Below, one piece after another: positions 31,901 through 40,961 of a stretch of DNA of 64,000 nt (position 1 is its first letter; the number at the start of each line of letters is the position of its first letter). The translations under genes were made by a program, and so were the position numbers. The stretch is taken from assembly GCA_965644495.1 (NCBI GenBank), contig CBFFSA010000004.1:806001-870000 (forward strand), given 5' to 3'. The notes below the pieces were generated by a model, which was not told the origin of the DNA, ran no database searches, and was given only the letters and a program-made list of their open reading frames with translations. This DNA comes from Perkinsela sp. CCAP 1560/9 (lineage: Eukaryota > Protista > Euglenozoa: Kinetoplastea).

Positions 31901-32556
31901 CCAGGACGCCATACCTTGACATTCCATTCCTACCCCCCGTAGATGCCTTTCTCCGTGCGTTAAAAATGGACCAGTTTCAGGAACTGCTGGAGAATCTGAA
32001 GTTCTCGCCTACAATACAAACCAATGTTCAAATCGCGATTCGTGTCATCCAAGCGTGCGCGTTGCGAGGCCTTACTCCGATTCAAGCCATGCGATTCCTT
32101 TACACACAACGTCCTGTTAATTTTTTCGCTATTTTATACATCCGTCTACCGCGGGAAAACGGAGCGTTCAGTGAGGAACAATGGCAACACTTTGAACGCA
32201 TTCTTGATCATTCGTTAAATGAAATCTTTGTACCCAATGCGTACCATTGTGATACGATAGCCCAACCGGACTACAGCAAAAGTCCGAGGGGCCTTGAGGT
32301 TTGTCCCTCACGCCTTCGAACGGGTCCCGACGGACAGTTAATTGATCGTTCTGCGGTGAGCTGGGGCAGAGCTCTCACACACTACGAGGGGGACGAAAAA
32401 GTCATTCCCTCTGCCTACACAAAAATGGCCTTTGAGCACACGGTTTCAGGTTCTAAAATTTCATGGTGGCGACGTTGGCTCTACAATATAAAACAATTTT
32501 TGCGGCCCTACGTGTGGAATTTCCGTAGACTCATGCGTGAGGAATACCGGTGGTAG
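28909..32556 (+). CDS. Signal-peptide protein with long S/P/R-rich disordered region and degenerate type II PI4-kinase-like domain (paralog 1)
   Basis: MRRSLIILLLLSNLLGS leader from ATG 28909. ATFKPVNLE...GQGVHREIAAHRL..IPT..GYLQE..FNLLTMN..NAYILP. Confidence 0.8.
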   Translation: MRRSLIILLLLSNLLGSDLHDTTKNTSKESAGLPKQQDAARLGNASLPFIEKEGSSKSPQSDVQHPDTKEHSQVTEPATTPHGVADSSVEAHLHSPSEELIPAPVTMLPKDPQQRRRLSIDSPVPHPVQDRRKIARSGRPYIPAPKSGRRNASQPYPMPERPGASSPEESPPRFEGELPVHQIGIPRQYMGPPSSTTMLGRFQYSTLPSLQTSFQRKVPYGAERILRESAESNPSRDARLRRMSVSRAQEQQNLDDTNRSSVGRQTPVTPTTEKTQAQPVFKEPQRVRSFELRETLAPRRKSQEKVLSAIGKFGSRRSSKPLNVEGSSDNASLPSQTSVEETFQGRRIPPPRPTSAPITEQVPLRSKPLTSVFSQSTSELSSPTHPSQGSTRKKSPREKHGIFSINRYFKPQATPPRIGRKEGTLPAQKAAKPPVDPTKITGKETPRRRRSIEPPHAQKPVPPIQRSQSVALGATLSSSEPQQHRGWWKQELQNKLENEERELKTRSTPRASPRQGPRLQRTPESSASRSLPPMTPPMPSPSQTPKRRESLGPVALLTMGGLTKDKRFTAPLSRRSKYSSLSDVRQYVQKKEAGDLSPISSLPNVAERMRERWGSELRRPRSMAPEKINRLHSSLSRSSSSSDLMRLTRPSTRPRRTENRIEEESENEEEALEDLDMGVSSPHQPRSRELASSSKLSDTDSSPSLTPVFEEKESEETPDLDPREALQYALSIVRTTVEGEIPVRLPEEKVTIQPRQDFVRELLLVDGLADDTLSARQAILGQHVRHILTPQRYFLSVCKNYLPGIAYIIHELPPLEGYYGTPIATFKPVNLEMGTTMFRKYHSGYKFAFHRAFPKGQGVHREIAAHRLNSIVNAMTAVRVGFRIPTGLPLRIGGLGGGYLQERVLPVTVPDFHHPMSLDYMVDCQMNHIFNLLTMNSYTQGTIYGHIRELLTAGVIAQEQTHAAQTFFRPGLYSTNNAYILPDTEKMLSITDLSLRLTRTPYLDIPFLPPVDAFLRALKMDQFQELLENLKFSPTIQTNVQIAIRVIQACALRGLTPIQAMRFLYTQRPVNFFAILYIRLPRENGAFSEEQWQHFERILDHSLNEIFVPNAYHCDTIAQPDYSKSPRGLEVCPSRLRTGPDGQLIDRSAVSWGRALTHYEGDEKVIPSAYTKMAFEHTVSGSKISWWRRWLYNIKQFLRPYVWNFRRLMREEYRW

Positions 32557-32866
32557 AGTTAGAAGCCTTCACTTTGTAAATACCTAACCAACCATCTTTG
32601 AGCTTTTCTGTGTATTTTCATGGTAAGTTTGCGTTTGCGCTCTTATTATCTACTTGCATTTTGTGTATATCCTTTTTTCGTTATTTTGTACATAACTTTG
32701 AACTAGAAGTAGGACGGTTAAACTAAAATTTTGTCGTACCAAATTTTATAAACTAGCATAAGTCGTCTGAACCACTACACTGATAAGTCAATCACAGGTA
32801 TCTATAGATTATTTTTACCTTTTCAAAGATTTCTTGCAGTGAATTCCCAGCCTTTTTCTAACGCGA

Positions 32867-34288
32867 ATGCTGATCTTCGTTGGCCTACTCAGCTGTCTTG
32901 GGCTGTGCTGCCATGAGGAGAAAACGTTTCAAACGAGAACCCCCGTCCCGAGAATTTCGAAACATGGGAACAGAGAGAAATCTCCTTCCCGTTCGCGGCC
33001 AAAAGTTCATGAAAATGTGCGCTCTCTAAGAGAAACATTAGCTCCACCGATGCCGCATGATATTGAAGAGCTCTCCCCCATCCTTCCCCCACGTGAAGAC
33101 TCTTCTAACTCCCCTCTTGGGGGTCAACCACTATTCGCGTCGCCTTTCCGACTTGCGACTCAATTCGTATCACCGAATTTTGATAACTCTATTTCTCGAG
33201 CCGTTCAGTCTCTAGTCGAAGAAAGTTCTCTGAACGAGTTCGAAATAGCTTTGTTGCGCAAAGCTCAAGAAGTGTTTGGCAACAAGCGGGGCTACCACAT
33301 TGAAAAGGAGGAGGGACGACCGATGTCAGGCAATTTTTATACCGTCCGTGCATCACATAGAATTCTGGATTTATGGAGTCAGCCGGATATTCTATTTAAT
33401 TTCCGACCAACGAATTTGGAGGTCGGAACACTGAACTACCGCATGCATACTCACGCAGGTCGATTCCCTTTTGAAAAAGAGTACACCCCGGGGTTAGGTG
33501 CCGTGCGAGAATATGCTTCCTATCGACTACATGCCCTAATGGCGGCAAGAGGGTGCAATTTCCTGTTCAGCATCCCTCCAACTATCCCTGTATGGATTGA
33601 AGGCTTTGGTACTGGAATACTACAGCAAGAAGTCCAAAAACCATCACTCGGGTGCTCTACACCCGATCATCCTCCGAATCTTACGGCGGAATACCAACTA
33701 CGAGTCCTTTTCCAGATACTAACGTTGAATCCAGAGGAAGACCTGGGCTGCATAGGAAAGCTTTCTTCAAAAACCCGGAGAGAGGAAGTCCAACGAAACA
33801 AACGAAATGCTCTATTTTTTTCAAAGCATATATTGAGTTTTCCCGATTCAAAGCATATCATGAATGTTACCACCATGGGGTTCCGTGCTCTTAGAGTTCC
33901 TTATATGAAGGAGACGTTTGATCCTAAGGTCCGTGCTATAGTTTTGGGCTTGAAAGCAGAAGAGTACGTTCCAATGCTGCGAGTTTTTGGATTTTCCACA
34001 GCAGTGTGTATCAATTTCGAGATAGCACTTGAGGCCATACAGTTCTGTGTAAGGAAAAAGAAGTTTACACCTTTGCAAACGATACGCTTCGCGCTAACTG
34101 AAGAGCCCATTGCTTTCCTTCCCTTTATATTCTCACAACTCGAAGGGAGCGAGGAGGCCGACACACGTACCTTTGTGCGCGAAATGCTTACTTTGTTTAG
34201 CCAGCGAGTCAAGCCGTCTAATAAATACAAGTACGAATACGATGGAGTATCTGAACATGATTACCGAGGCGTGCTCACAGGATGCTAA
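32867..34288 (+). CDS. Signal-peptide protein with degenerate type II PI4K-like domain (paralog 2)
   Basis: MLIFVGLLSCLGLCC leader. FRPTNLE...GLGAVREYASYRL..IPPT..GILQQ..FQILTLN. Colinear with paralog 1. Confidence 0.8.
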   Translation: MLIFVGLLSCLGLCCHEEKTFQTRTPVPRISKHGNREKSPSRSRPKVHENVRSLRETLAPPMPHDIEELSPILPPREDSSNSPLGGQPLFASPFRLATQFVSPNFDNSISRAVQSLVEESSLNEFEIALLRKAQEVFGNKRGYHIEKEEGRPMSGNFYTVRASHRILDLWSQPDILFNFRPTNLEVGTLNYRMHTHAGRFPFEKEYTPGLGAVREYASYRLHALMAARGCNFLFSIPPTIPVWIEGFGTGILQQEVQKPSLGCSTPDHPPNLTAEYQLRVLFQILTLNPEEDLGCIGKLSSKTRREEVQRNKRNALFFSKHILSFPDSKHIMNVTTMGFRALRVPYMKETFDPKVRAIVLGLKAEEYVPMLRVFGFSTAVCINFEIALEAIQFCVRKKKFTPLQTIRFALTEEPIAFLPFIFSQLEGSEEADTRTFVREMLTLFSQRVKPSNKYKYEYDGVSEHDYRGVLTGC

Positions 34289-34949
34289 GTCTCTTCTTTT
34301 GCCATGGGTGATAGCCCATGACGTAAAACTTCCCGACCATGGACTGTCACATCTACTCGATACAATGCAGTTTTTCTACTCTCATTTTTCGTTGGTAGGA
34401 AATGGTGCCTTTCTCAGTGGGTATGATTTTTAGACGTTGTATTTCCTGTCGTGAATCAATTTTTTCGCGATCCGGCGCTCCATGCGAAGAAAAGTTTACG
34501 TGATTATTTTTTAGTGCATTATGATGTTCATTGTGCGGAATATTTAGGAGGGGGCTTGAATTTCTTTCCCTAAGAAAGCAAGGTGCAGCCTTTTCAATGA
34601 TCCAATAGCATTACGCTTGCAGGATGACTCCCTCTCACTTCCTGGGAAGGACGGCTTATTTGCATTGAATGTAACGTGCAGCAAAAGGCGATGTGATTTT
34701 TGGAGGGACCCAGCGAAGCAAAAAAGGCTCGAATAATTCACTTTTTCAGTGGCTAATGTACTGAATATAATTATTCATGTGTATGCGATTGATGTTCGTA
34801 TGATTGATGTATATTTCGAGACTATTGGTACCGTAGGCTATACGGCCGTTTACACACTATAGCGAGAGATCTATTTTGATAACTTCAGCTTAAAATGTAT
34901 ATTTTTTCTACACGAGACGGTTTCTATAGAGCTTTTTAAAGAATTTTTT

Positions 34950-37682
34950 ATGCCGCGATTGCTAATTCCCAAGTGCTCCTTTCCGAGCCCTATCCGCGTG
35001 CTCCTGTGCTTAACCCTTTTCTTGTCCGCTACTCGGGCACCCCCTAGAACGGGAATCGGTAACCCTCTCCCCACCCTCACCCCACGCATTTCTCTTCCCC
35101 CCATCACCGCCGCCGAGGTCCAACCCCGACACCACCAACCCCCTCGTGAGACTCACCCGCACCGCAGCCCCACCTTCGCCCTCCCCCCCGCCCATGTCAC
35201 AAACCTTACCCGTTCCTACGAGTCCTACCTGCAACCCCACCCGGGGAGCCTCGAAAATGCGTCCTCTCTCCCCTACGCTCATCCGCTCACCCACCCCTCC
35301 CATGGACCCTCCCGTGGCAGCGCGGACCCCCAGCCCCCACCCCCCCTACGTTGGCTCCCCCCGCGTGAGACCCTTGCGGGCTATCCTAACCCACAAAGCC
35401 GTGGGAATGGGAGTAGCCGTAGCCGTAACCCCCGTGATCCCTATCCCGAATCCCACACAGGCGCCCCGAATCCCCCCGAGGCGTACAGCCCCGCGCGGGG
35501 CGCCTACCCGTGGCCCGGGCCTCCGTTGTACCGTGTGCCGTACCCTACCCCCTGTGGTTCGTCTCCTGAGTCGGTGGATGAGACCATGATAAAAGGGGGG
35601 CACGGGGGAAGCTCGGAAGAGACAGCGTCCCATCCTTTTTTGAAACGGTATGCTGCTGCTACTGTGGCAGTGGCGAACACTACGGCAGCTACGACAAGTA
35701 CAAGTCGTAGTACAACGAATCAAGAAGGGGAGGCTGTGAAGGTGGCTCGACCTACCGCCCATTTGCCCTCTCCGCGTAATCCCCCGTATTCCCCGTTTGC
35801 GGATGTCCCGGTGGGTACGACCCCGGAGAACCCCGGGAGTCGGTTTCTTTCGCGAGCCCCGAGCCCCGCGACCTTGGGGGGTTCCGCGGGGGGAAATCTC
35901 GCGGGTACCCCTCGTCGTACCATGACGGAGGAGGAGCTGGAGGTACGGCGCGAGCTGGCTGCGATTTTCAACCTCGAGCAAGCCCCCTGCCCGTCGCCGT
36001 TGCCCGATCAGGAGTACGGGGAGCAGTGTATGGGGAAAAAGGGAGCCGGGTCGTGTCCCACAGGGTACGCGAATCCGTTTCCTCAATATGTGAAGGAGGG
36101 AAAGTACGGGGAGAATCCTCCGATGGTTTATCCCGCCCCGCAACACCTTCCGCTGGGAAAAGATGAGGCCGAGGAGGGGGACGCGATGCAGCATCTTCTC
36201 CACGCCCTGGCCGAGGAGGCGGTCGCGACCCATGCCGCGGAGTACCCCGTGAGTCCGCACAGCTTTCGTACCCGGATGGATGCCCCCGCCAAGATCCTAC
36301 GTGACTCCCTGGACAATGCCCGGGCCCGGAGCTGTCACGTGGTAAGCCCCCTCGGGACCCACCCGCCCGAAATGGACCCCGCGGTGGGGTACCTCGTAGA
36401 GGCCGTCTCCCAGCGCCTTAGCCAACCCTTTGACTACCGTCTGAAAGCGAAGGAGACGCCCAGCGGGCAGGCCTACGTGATCCAGAACGGGTCCTGGGGG
36501 GTGTGGCAGCGCGTCCACGAGTACTTCTACCCCAGCCAGGTTGCCCTGTTCAAGCCGCTCGCCCAGGAGCGCGGCAACGCGGTCAACCCGCAGGGACGAA
36601 AGAACCTCTACGGCGGGGGGGACGGCCACTGCGTGTTCCCCTCCGGGGAGTTCTACCTGCGGGATGCGGTGGCGTACGCGCTGGACCAGCACAGTGCCGG
36701 GGTGTTCCACATCCCGGTGACGACGGTGTCCCACATGGAGGGACTCGGGGAGGGGGTGCTCTCGGAGTATATTACCCCTGCGAATTCCGATGCCACCCCC
36801 CATTTGGGATTGGAACGTACCCGGGCGCGACAATTTCGGCTGTTGTTTGATCTGTTTTTTATGAACGGTGACGCTCGAAGGGAGCCGATGTTTGGGAAGA
36901 ATCTGTGGGCTACACGGCATAGTCCCGGGGAACGGCCCGAGCCGGATGGGGTGGAGGAGGAAGGCTCCATGACCGGAGGGAGCGGTACGCGAGGAGGCCG
37001 CACGCCGTTGCCTCAGGGTCGTACGGGGCACTACTACTTACACAACTCCTACATCTTACCGGAGACATTTCCACGGTATGATGAGCTTATTGCGAGTTTT
37101 CGAAATGCCTACGGGTGTGGTCGGACCCCTGGAAAAGGGACGCCGGGAAGTCAAGATGGTCGTGGCTCCGTTCCCAATGTGAGCGCGGGCTCCGAGGATA
37201 GTGACGCCTACGAGCTCGAGTCCTGGCACCCCGATGTGTTGCGCTTCCTGAACTCGATTGAAGACCCATGGTACAAGTACTACTCCGTACTTCGTCGGTT
37301 TGGATTCTCCTCGCAGACAATTTCGCGAGTCGCGTTGTCGGTGTATACTGTGCAGCGCTGTGCGGCGTCGGGCTTAACTCCGGACGAGATTGTACACTTT
37401 GCTTATACCTCTGCTCACCCCTTTATGCCTTTCGTGTTTCGGTTATTATCGGGGCTGGAGAAAGGGGTGGGGACTCGGGAACAAGTGTTGCGTGCTCCCC
37501 AAGTCATTCATCGAGTGTTGGAAGGATCTTTACAGGCGTTTAAGCGAGAGACAGCGTCGAATTCTCACGAGCAGGGTTCCGCCAGGTCGAAGTCCTATTT
37601 TTCCCTGTTTTCAAGGGAAAAAGTACCAGAATCCCATGGGAGTTATTATGACTTACAGCGTAAAGCAGATGGATGGTGGTAG
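34950..37682 (+). CDS. Signal-peptide protein with Pro-rich region and degenerate type II PI4K-like domain (paralog 3)
   Basis: VLLCLTLFLSATRA leader. VALFKPLAQE.G..NPQGR...GEFYLRDAVAYALD..FHIPVT..FDLFFMNGDAR..HNSYILPE. Closest of the three to canonical PI4K-II. Confidence 0.8.
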   Translation: MPRLLIPKCSFPSPIRVLLCLTLFLSATRAPPRTGIGNPLPTLTPRISLPPITAAEVQPRHHQPPRETHPHRSPTFALPPAHVTNLTRSYESYLQPHPGSLENASSLPYAHPLTHPSHGPSRGSADPQPPPPLRWLPPRETLAGYPNPQSRGNGSSRSRNPRDPYPESHTGAPNPPEAYSPARGAYPWPGPPLYRVPYPTPCGSSPESVDETMIKGGHGGSSEETASHPFLKRYAAATVAVANTTAATTSTSRSTTNQEGEAVKVARPTAHLPSPRNPPYSPFADVPVGTTPENPGSRFLSRAPSPATLGGSAGGNLAGTPRRTMTEEELEVRRELAAIFNLEQAPCPSPLPDQEYGEQCMGKKGAGSCPTGYANPFPQYVKEGKYGENPPMVYPAPQHLPLGKDEAEEGDAMQHLLHALAEEAVATHAAEYPVSPHSFRTRMDAPAKILRDSLDNARARSCHVVSPLGTHPPEMDPAVGYLVEAVSQRLSQPFDYRLKAKETPSGQAYVIQNGSWGVWQRVHEYFYPSQVALFKPLAQERGNAVNPQGRKNLYGGGDGHCVFPSGEFYLRDAVAYALDQHSAGVFHIPVTTVSHMEGLGEGVLSEYITPANSDATPHLGLERTRARQFRLLFDLFFMNGDARREPMFGKNLWATRHSPGERPEPDGVEEEGSMTGGSGTRGGRTPLPQGRTGHYYLHNSYILPETFPRYDELIASFRNAYGCGRTPGKGTPGSQDGRGSVPNVSAGSEDSDAYELESWHPDVLRFLNSIEDPWYKYYSVLRRFGFSSQTISRVALSVYTVQRCAASGLTPDEIVHFAYTSAHPFMPFVFRLLSGLEKGVGTREQVLRAPQVIHRVLEGSLQAFKRETASNSHEQGSARSKSYFSLFSREKVPESHGSYYDLQRKADGWW

Positions 37683-38078
37683 CTTAAGTGAGGCTTTTCG
37701 ATTTTTTTTCGGTTCGATTATTTTCATACACGTCACATTTTTAAATCGCCGCGAGACGTAGATTATGCTTTACGTGTTAATTACGCACCTCAGATCCCCT
37801 GTTCAATATCTCACAAATAAGTCACCGCAAGAACATATAGAAAACTGGTTCTGGGTGTCCGAATATCTATATCGCATACATGTGTTGTAGGAATTAATTG
37901 TGTTGTAGGAAATAAAGGAAGAGTATTCAAATTTACATAAAGTTTTAAAAGTGTCTCGTAGCGGATACTAATTCTTTTTGTCCGAAATCTGCGCGATGAG
38001 TTGGTAAGCATTGAATTCACGCAGAAGTTAGAAAAATAATTTATCCCAAAATCGACTTTTTATAAACCCCTTCTTTCC

Positions 38079-38570
38079 ATGTCAGACACACCCACGCAGG
38101 AGACGCAAACAGCCGTAAATCCGACGTCAGAGCAAGATGATACTTCCATAACAATGAAGAATACATCTGGCCCTTCTATGCGCGATGTGTTCTTCGGATC
38201 CTCCGGCTTCCCCCAGCCCTGCCTTTGTTGGGGACTCACCTGCTATGGCTTTAGCGCTGCCATGTCCGTCACAAATCAATCTAGACCTTTTACTACGCTG
38301 AGCATGTGGATGGCGGGCACATATTTCTTCATAAATGGTGTTAACCGAGCTCAGGCTGAGAAGCTCGGCGAAAATATTCCTCGGAAGGGCTGGTCTGTGC
38401 GTAAGGAGTATGGAAATAACGCCGTGGCCGCGACACTATGGATGGCGTGTTCGCTGCGGCAATTTATGATCCATCGCCGTCTGGCGTACGCCGGGTTAAG
38501 TAGTTGGACTGGATTCGGGCTTACAACATACTATGGATTTCGATATCTCCTAACCCCAGACGAGGAATAA
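38079..38570 (+). CDS. Small hypothetical membrane protein
   Basis: 163-aa ORF on the coding strand with three to four hydrophobic segments. Confidence 0.7.
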   Translation: MSDTPTQETQTAVNPTSEQDDTSITMKNTSGPSMRDVFFGSSGFPQPCLCWGLTCYGFSAAMSVTNQSRPFTTLSMWMAGTYFFINGVNRAQAEKLGENIPRKGWSVRKEYGNNAVAATLWMACSLRQFMIHRRLAYAGLSSWTGFGLTTYYGFRYLLTPDEE

Positions 38571-38930
38571 TTTCGCTATCTCCGAAATGTGTGAAAAACG
38601 CAACGTGGAGAGGAAGCACTTCTACTAATTGGCATTTATTTCGGTTTTACATTGATGCTCTCAGGAGTCAACATTTCAAATGATTAGTAGACGTAGTCAG
38701 ATGATGTCAGAACAATATTGGTTAAATGCTTTTGAACACCAGTGGTACCCTATATTTTTTCAGAGTTAGTGTTTTTTGAGAGCGTATAATTATGAATCTA
38801 ATTCTTCTGACTCGCAAAATAGAAACAAGAAGTCTTGCATCTTTCTTTAAACTCAACTATGTAAAATATATCCCGACGAGCCGAACTCTACACCTTGATA
38901 GCTAGCAAAGCGCCAACCCTTTGTTCCTCC

Positions 38931-40211
38931 ATGTTTGACAACAAAGTAATTGCCGCCCCTATGGTACGCGTCTCCCATCTTGGCTTTCGACAACAATGCG
39001 CTTACTATGGAGCTCAGGTCGTATTCACCGAGGAAATCATGGCGCCGCGACTAATGAAGGCGACTCGAGAGGTTGTTCCCTCCCACATTCTCCCGATCTA
39101 CCAATCTGCGCTCTCCGAGGCCTGTGGTACGGAATCTAAAGAGATTTCTAAAGATTCTTGTCAACTCGATTATCTCATTCCCCCCTGCTCTGCATTACTG
39201 CGGGACCGCGTTGAGTATGTTGTCTACGAACCTGTCGGGAAGAAAGCCAATAAAACGGTAAAACGAGTCCCAGTGTTCACCACGCTTCTCGGAGGGGAAG
39301 CTGTTCCTTTAATTCTGCAACTCGCGGCCAGTAACGCTGAAACCGCCCTGGCTGCGGCAAGACTCGTCCAGCACGACGTGCAGGGGATTGATTTAAATAT
39401 GGGGTGCCCGAAACGATCCGCCACAGGGAGTGGGATGGGAGCGGAGCTGATGAAACATCCGGAGAGAGCGTGTGAGATTCTTTCTACGCTGGTACAAAAT
39501 ATCAAAGTCCCGATTAGTGTAAAGACAAGATTATGCGAGACCGATGAGCAGAGTGTTGCGTTGATTCGGCAACTGGCGGAGACCGGGGTACATGCGGTGA
39601 CACTCCATGCACGAACTGTGGAGCAGCGTAGCTCCACAGAGGCGCTACATTGCAGATTCCGCGTGATTCGAGACGCTCTGGGGGGAGATTTTGCTCCTTC
39701 ACTGATTTTAAATGGAGATGTCATGCCACGAAAGTTTGATCAGCTACGGCACGAAACGCAGTGTTCAGGGGTTATGGTTGCGAGGGAGGCTTTTTGGGAT
39801 CCTATGGTTTTTACCGAACACATGGGGCAGGGTTTGCCTACGCAAACAGAAGGTCGAGATTCTGAAGATTTGAAGATTGTCCAAACAATGCTTTGTTGGC
39901 ATCTTGCTTTTCACACACCCTTTTCTGCGATAAAGTATCACGTATGCAGAGCAATGCAGGAGCAAAACATTTGCAAAGGAATACTTGCTGCGGCAACGTC
40001 GGCACGAACACCCCCTGACTTGTGTTGCGCACTATACATGTTTTCCAGTGCCGAAGTCAGTGATAACAAAAACGTTCTTTATACTCCCACGTTGTTTGGA
40101 TTACACATTCCTTTATTTCTTCTCATCAATGCATATAGAGAACCTAAACAAATTGTAGAAGCACCTGAAGCATACGTGTATCCACCGTCGTACGGGGTAC
40201 CTACGAATTGA
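38931..40211 (+). CDS. tRNA-dihydrouridine synthase (Dus2-like)
   Basis: APMVR, TEEI, GIDLNMGCPK...GMGAELM, PISVKTRL, VTLHART, NGDV, GVMVAR. First ATG at 38931. Confidence 0.92.
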   Translation: MFDNKVIAAPMVRVSHLGFRQQCAYYGAQVVFTEEIMAPRLMKATREVVPSHILPIYQSALSEACGTESKEISKDSCQLDYLIPPCSALLRDRVEYVVYEPVGKKANKTVKRVPVFTTLLGGEAVPLILQLAASNAETALAAARLVQHDVQGIDLNMGCPKRSATGSGMGAELMKHPERACEILSTLVQNIKVPISVKTRLCETDEQSVALIRQLAETGVHAVTLHARTVEQRSSTEALHCRFRVIRDALGGDFAPSLILNGDVMPRKFDQLRHETQCSGVMVAREAFWDPMVFTEHMGQGLPTQTEGRDSEDLKIVQTMLCWHLAFHTPFSAIKYHVCRAMQEQNICKGILAAATSARTPPDLCCALYMFSSAEVSDNKNVLYTPTLFGLHIPLFLLINAYREPKQIVEAPEAYVYPPSYGVPTN

Positions 40212-40409
40212 ACAGTTTCTTCCAGGTAAGTATTGTGGTGTTGTGCAGAATAGAAAATTTGTAAGTCATTTGTTACTTTTTGAAGTTATTCTATCACTGC
40301 ATGCAACGTATAATGCACTTAATATAGCGCATTTTTATCAATTTAGAGTCTACCACAATAATAAATAAATTTTCGCATATATTTTTCTGTTACTTACTTA
40401 TTGTTACCA

Positions 40410-40658
40410 ATGGTGTTGAACCCGAAACCGTTCCTGAAATCGTTGATAGGGAAGCGTGTGATCATTCGTCTTAAATGGGGAATGCAGTACGTGGGACACT
40501 TGATATCGACAGACGAGTACATGAACATTCATTTGACAGAATGCTCTGAATACATTGGTAACGCGTTGCAGGGGTATGTTGGAGAAGTCCTCATCAGATG
40601 TAACAATGTGCTGACTGTACGTTCCGGTGAAGAGGATAGCGCTGTGGAAACTTCTTAA
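40410..40658 (+). CDS. SNRPF: Spliceosomal Sm protein F
   Basis: NPKPFL..LIGK.V..RLKWG..Y.G.L.S.D.YMN..L...EY......[11 protein letters not shown]. Confidence 0.93.
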   Translation: MVLNPKPFLKSLIGKRVIIRLKWGMQYVGHLISTDEYMNIHLTECSEYIGNALQGYVGEVLIRCNNVLTVRSGEEDSAVETS

Positions 40659-40961
40659 TTGTCGAGGGGTATAGTAGATGTCAGAGGTACTCTGTCACAT
40701 ACTATAGTTTGGGTGTGAAGAGCACGTAGGTTACACTTAAGTAAGAGACTTTGGTCAGATACATGCACTTGTCGAACTATTAATTTAGCCTCTGTCATTC
40801 GAACAATTTTTAAAGGGTAATGCAGAGAAGCATAATGTAAAATTTAATTTTTCCCAATTGCGTAGTTATCCAATTGCATAGCTATCCATTTTGTATTTTA
40901 CAAAATTTATGCTAGAAGGTGTCTGAGGTTTGCAGTAACCTGTTGGCCTGCAAGCGACGTA

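Noticed and set aside
35010-37031. Long antisense/overlapping ORFs in GC-rich islands (also 6145-6950, 16459-17377, 49180-49712)
   Set aside because: Expected from stop-codon scarcity in skewed GC-rich DNA opposite real genes. Low complexity and no motifs.
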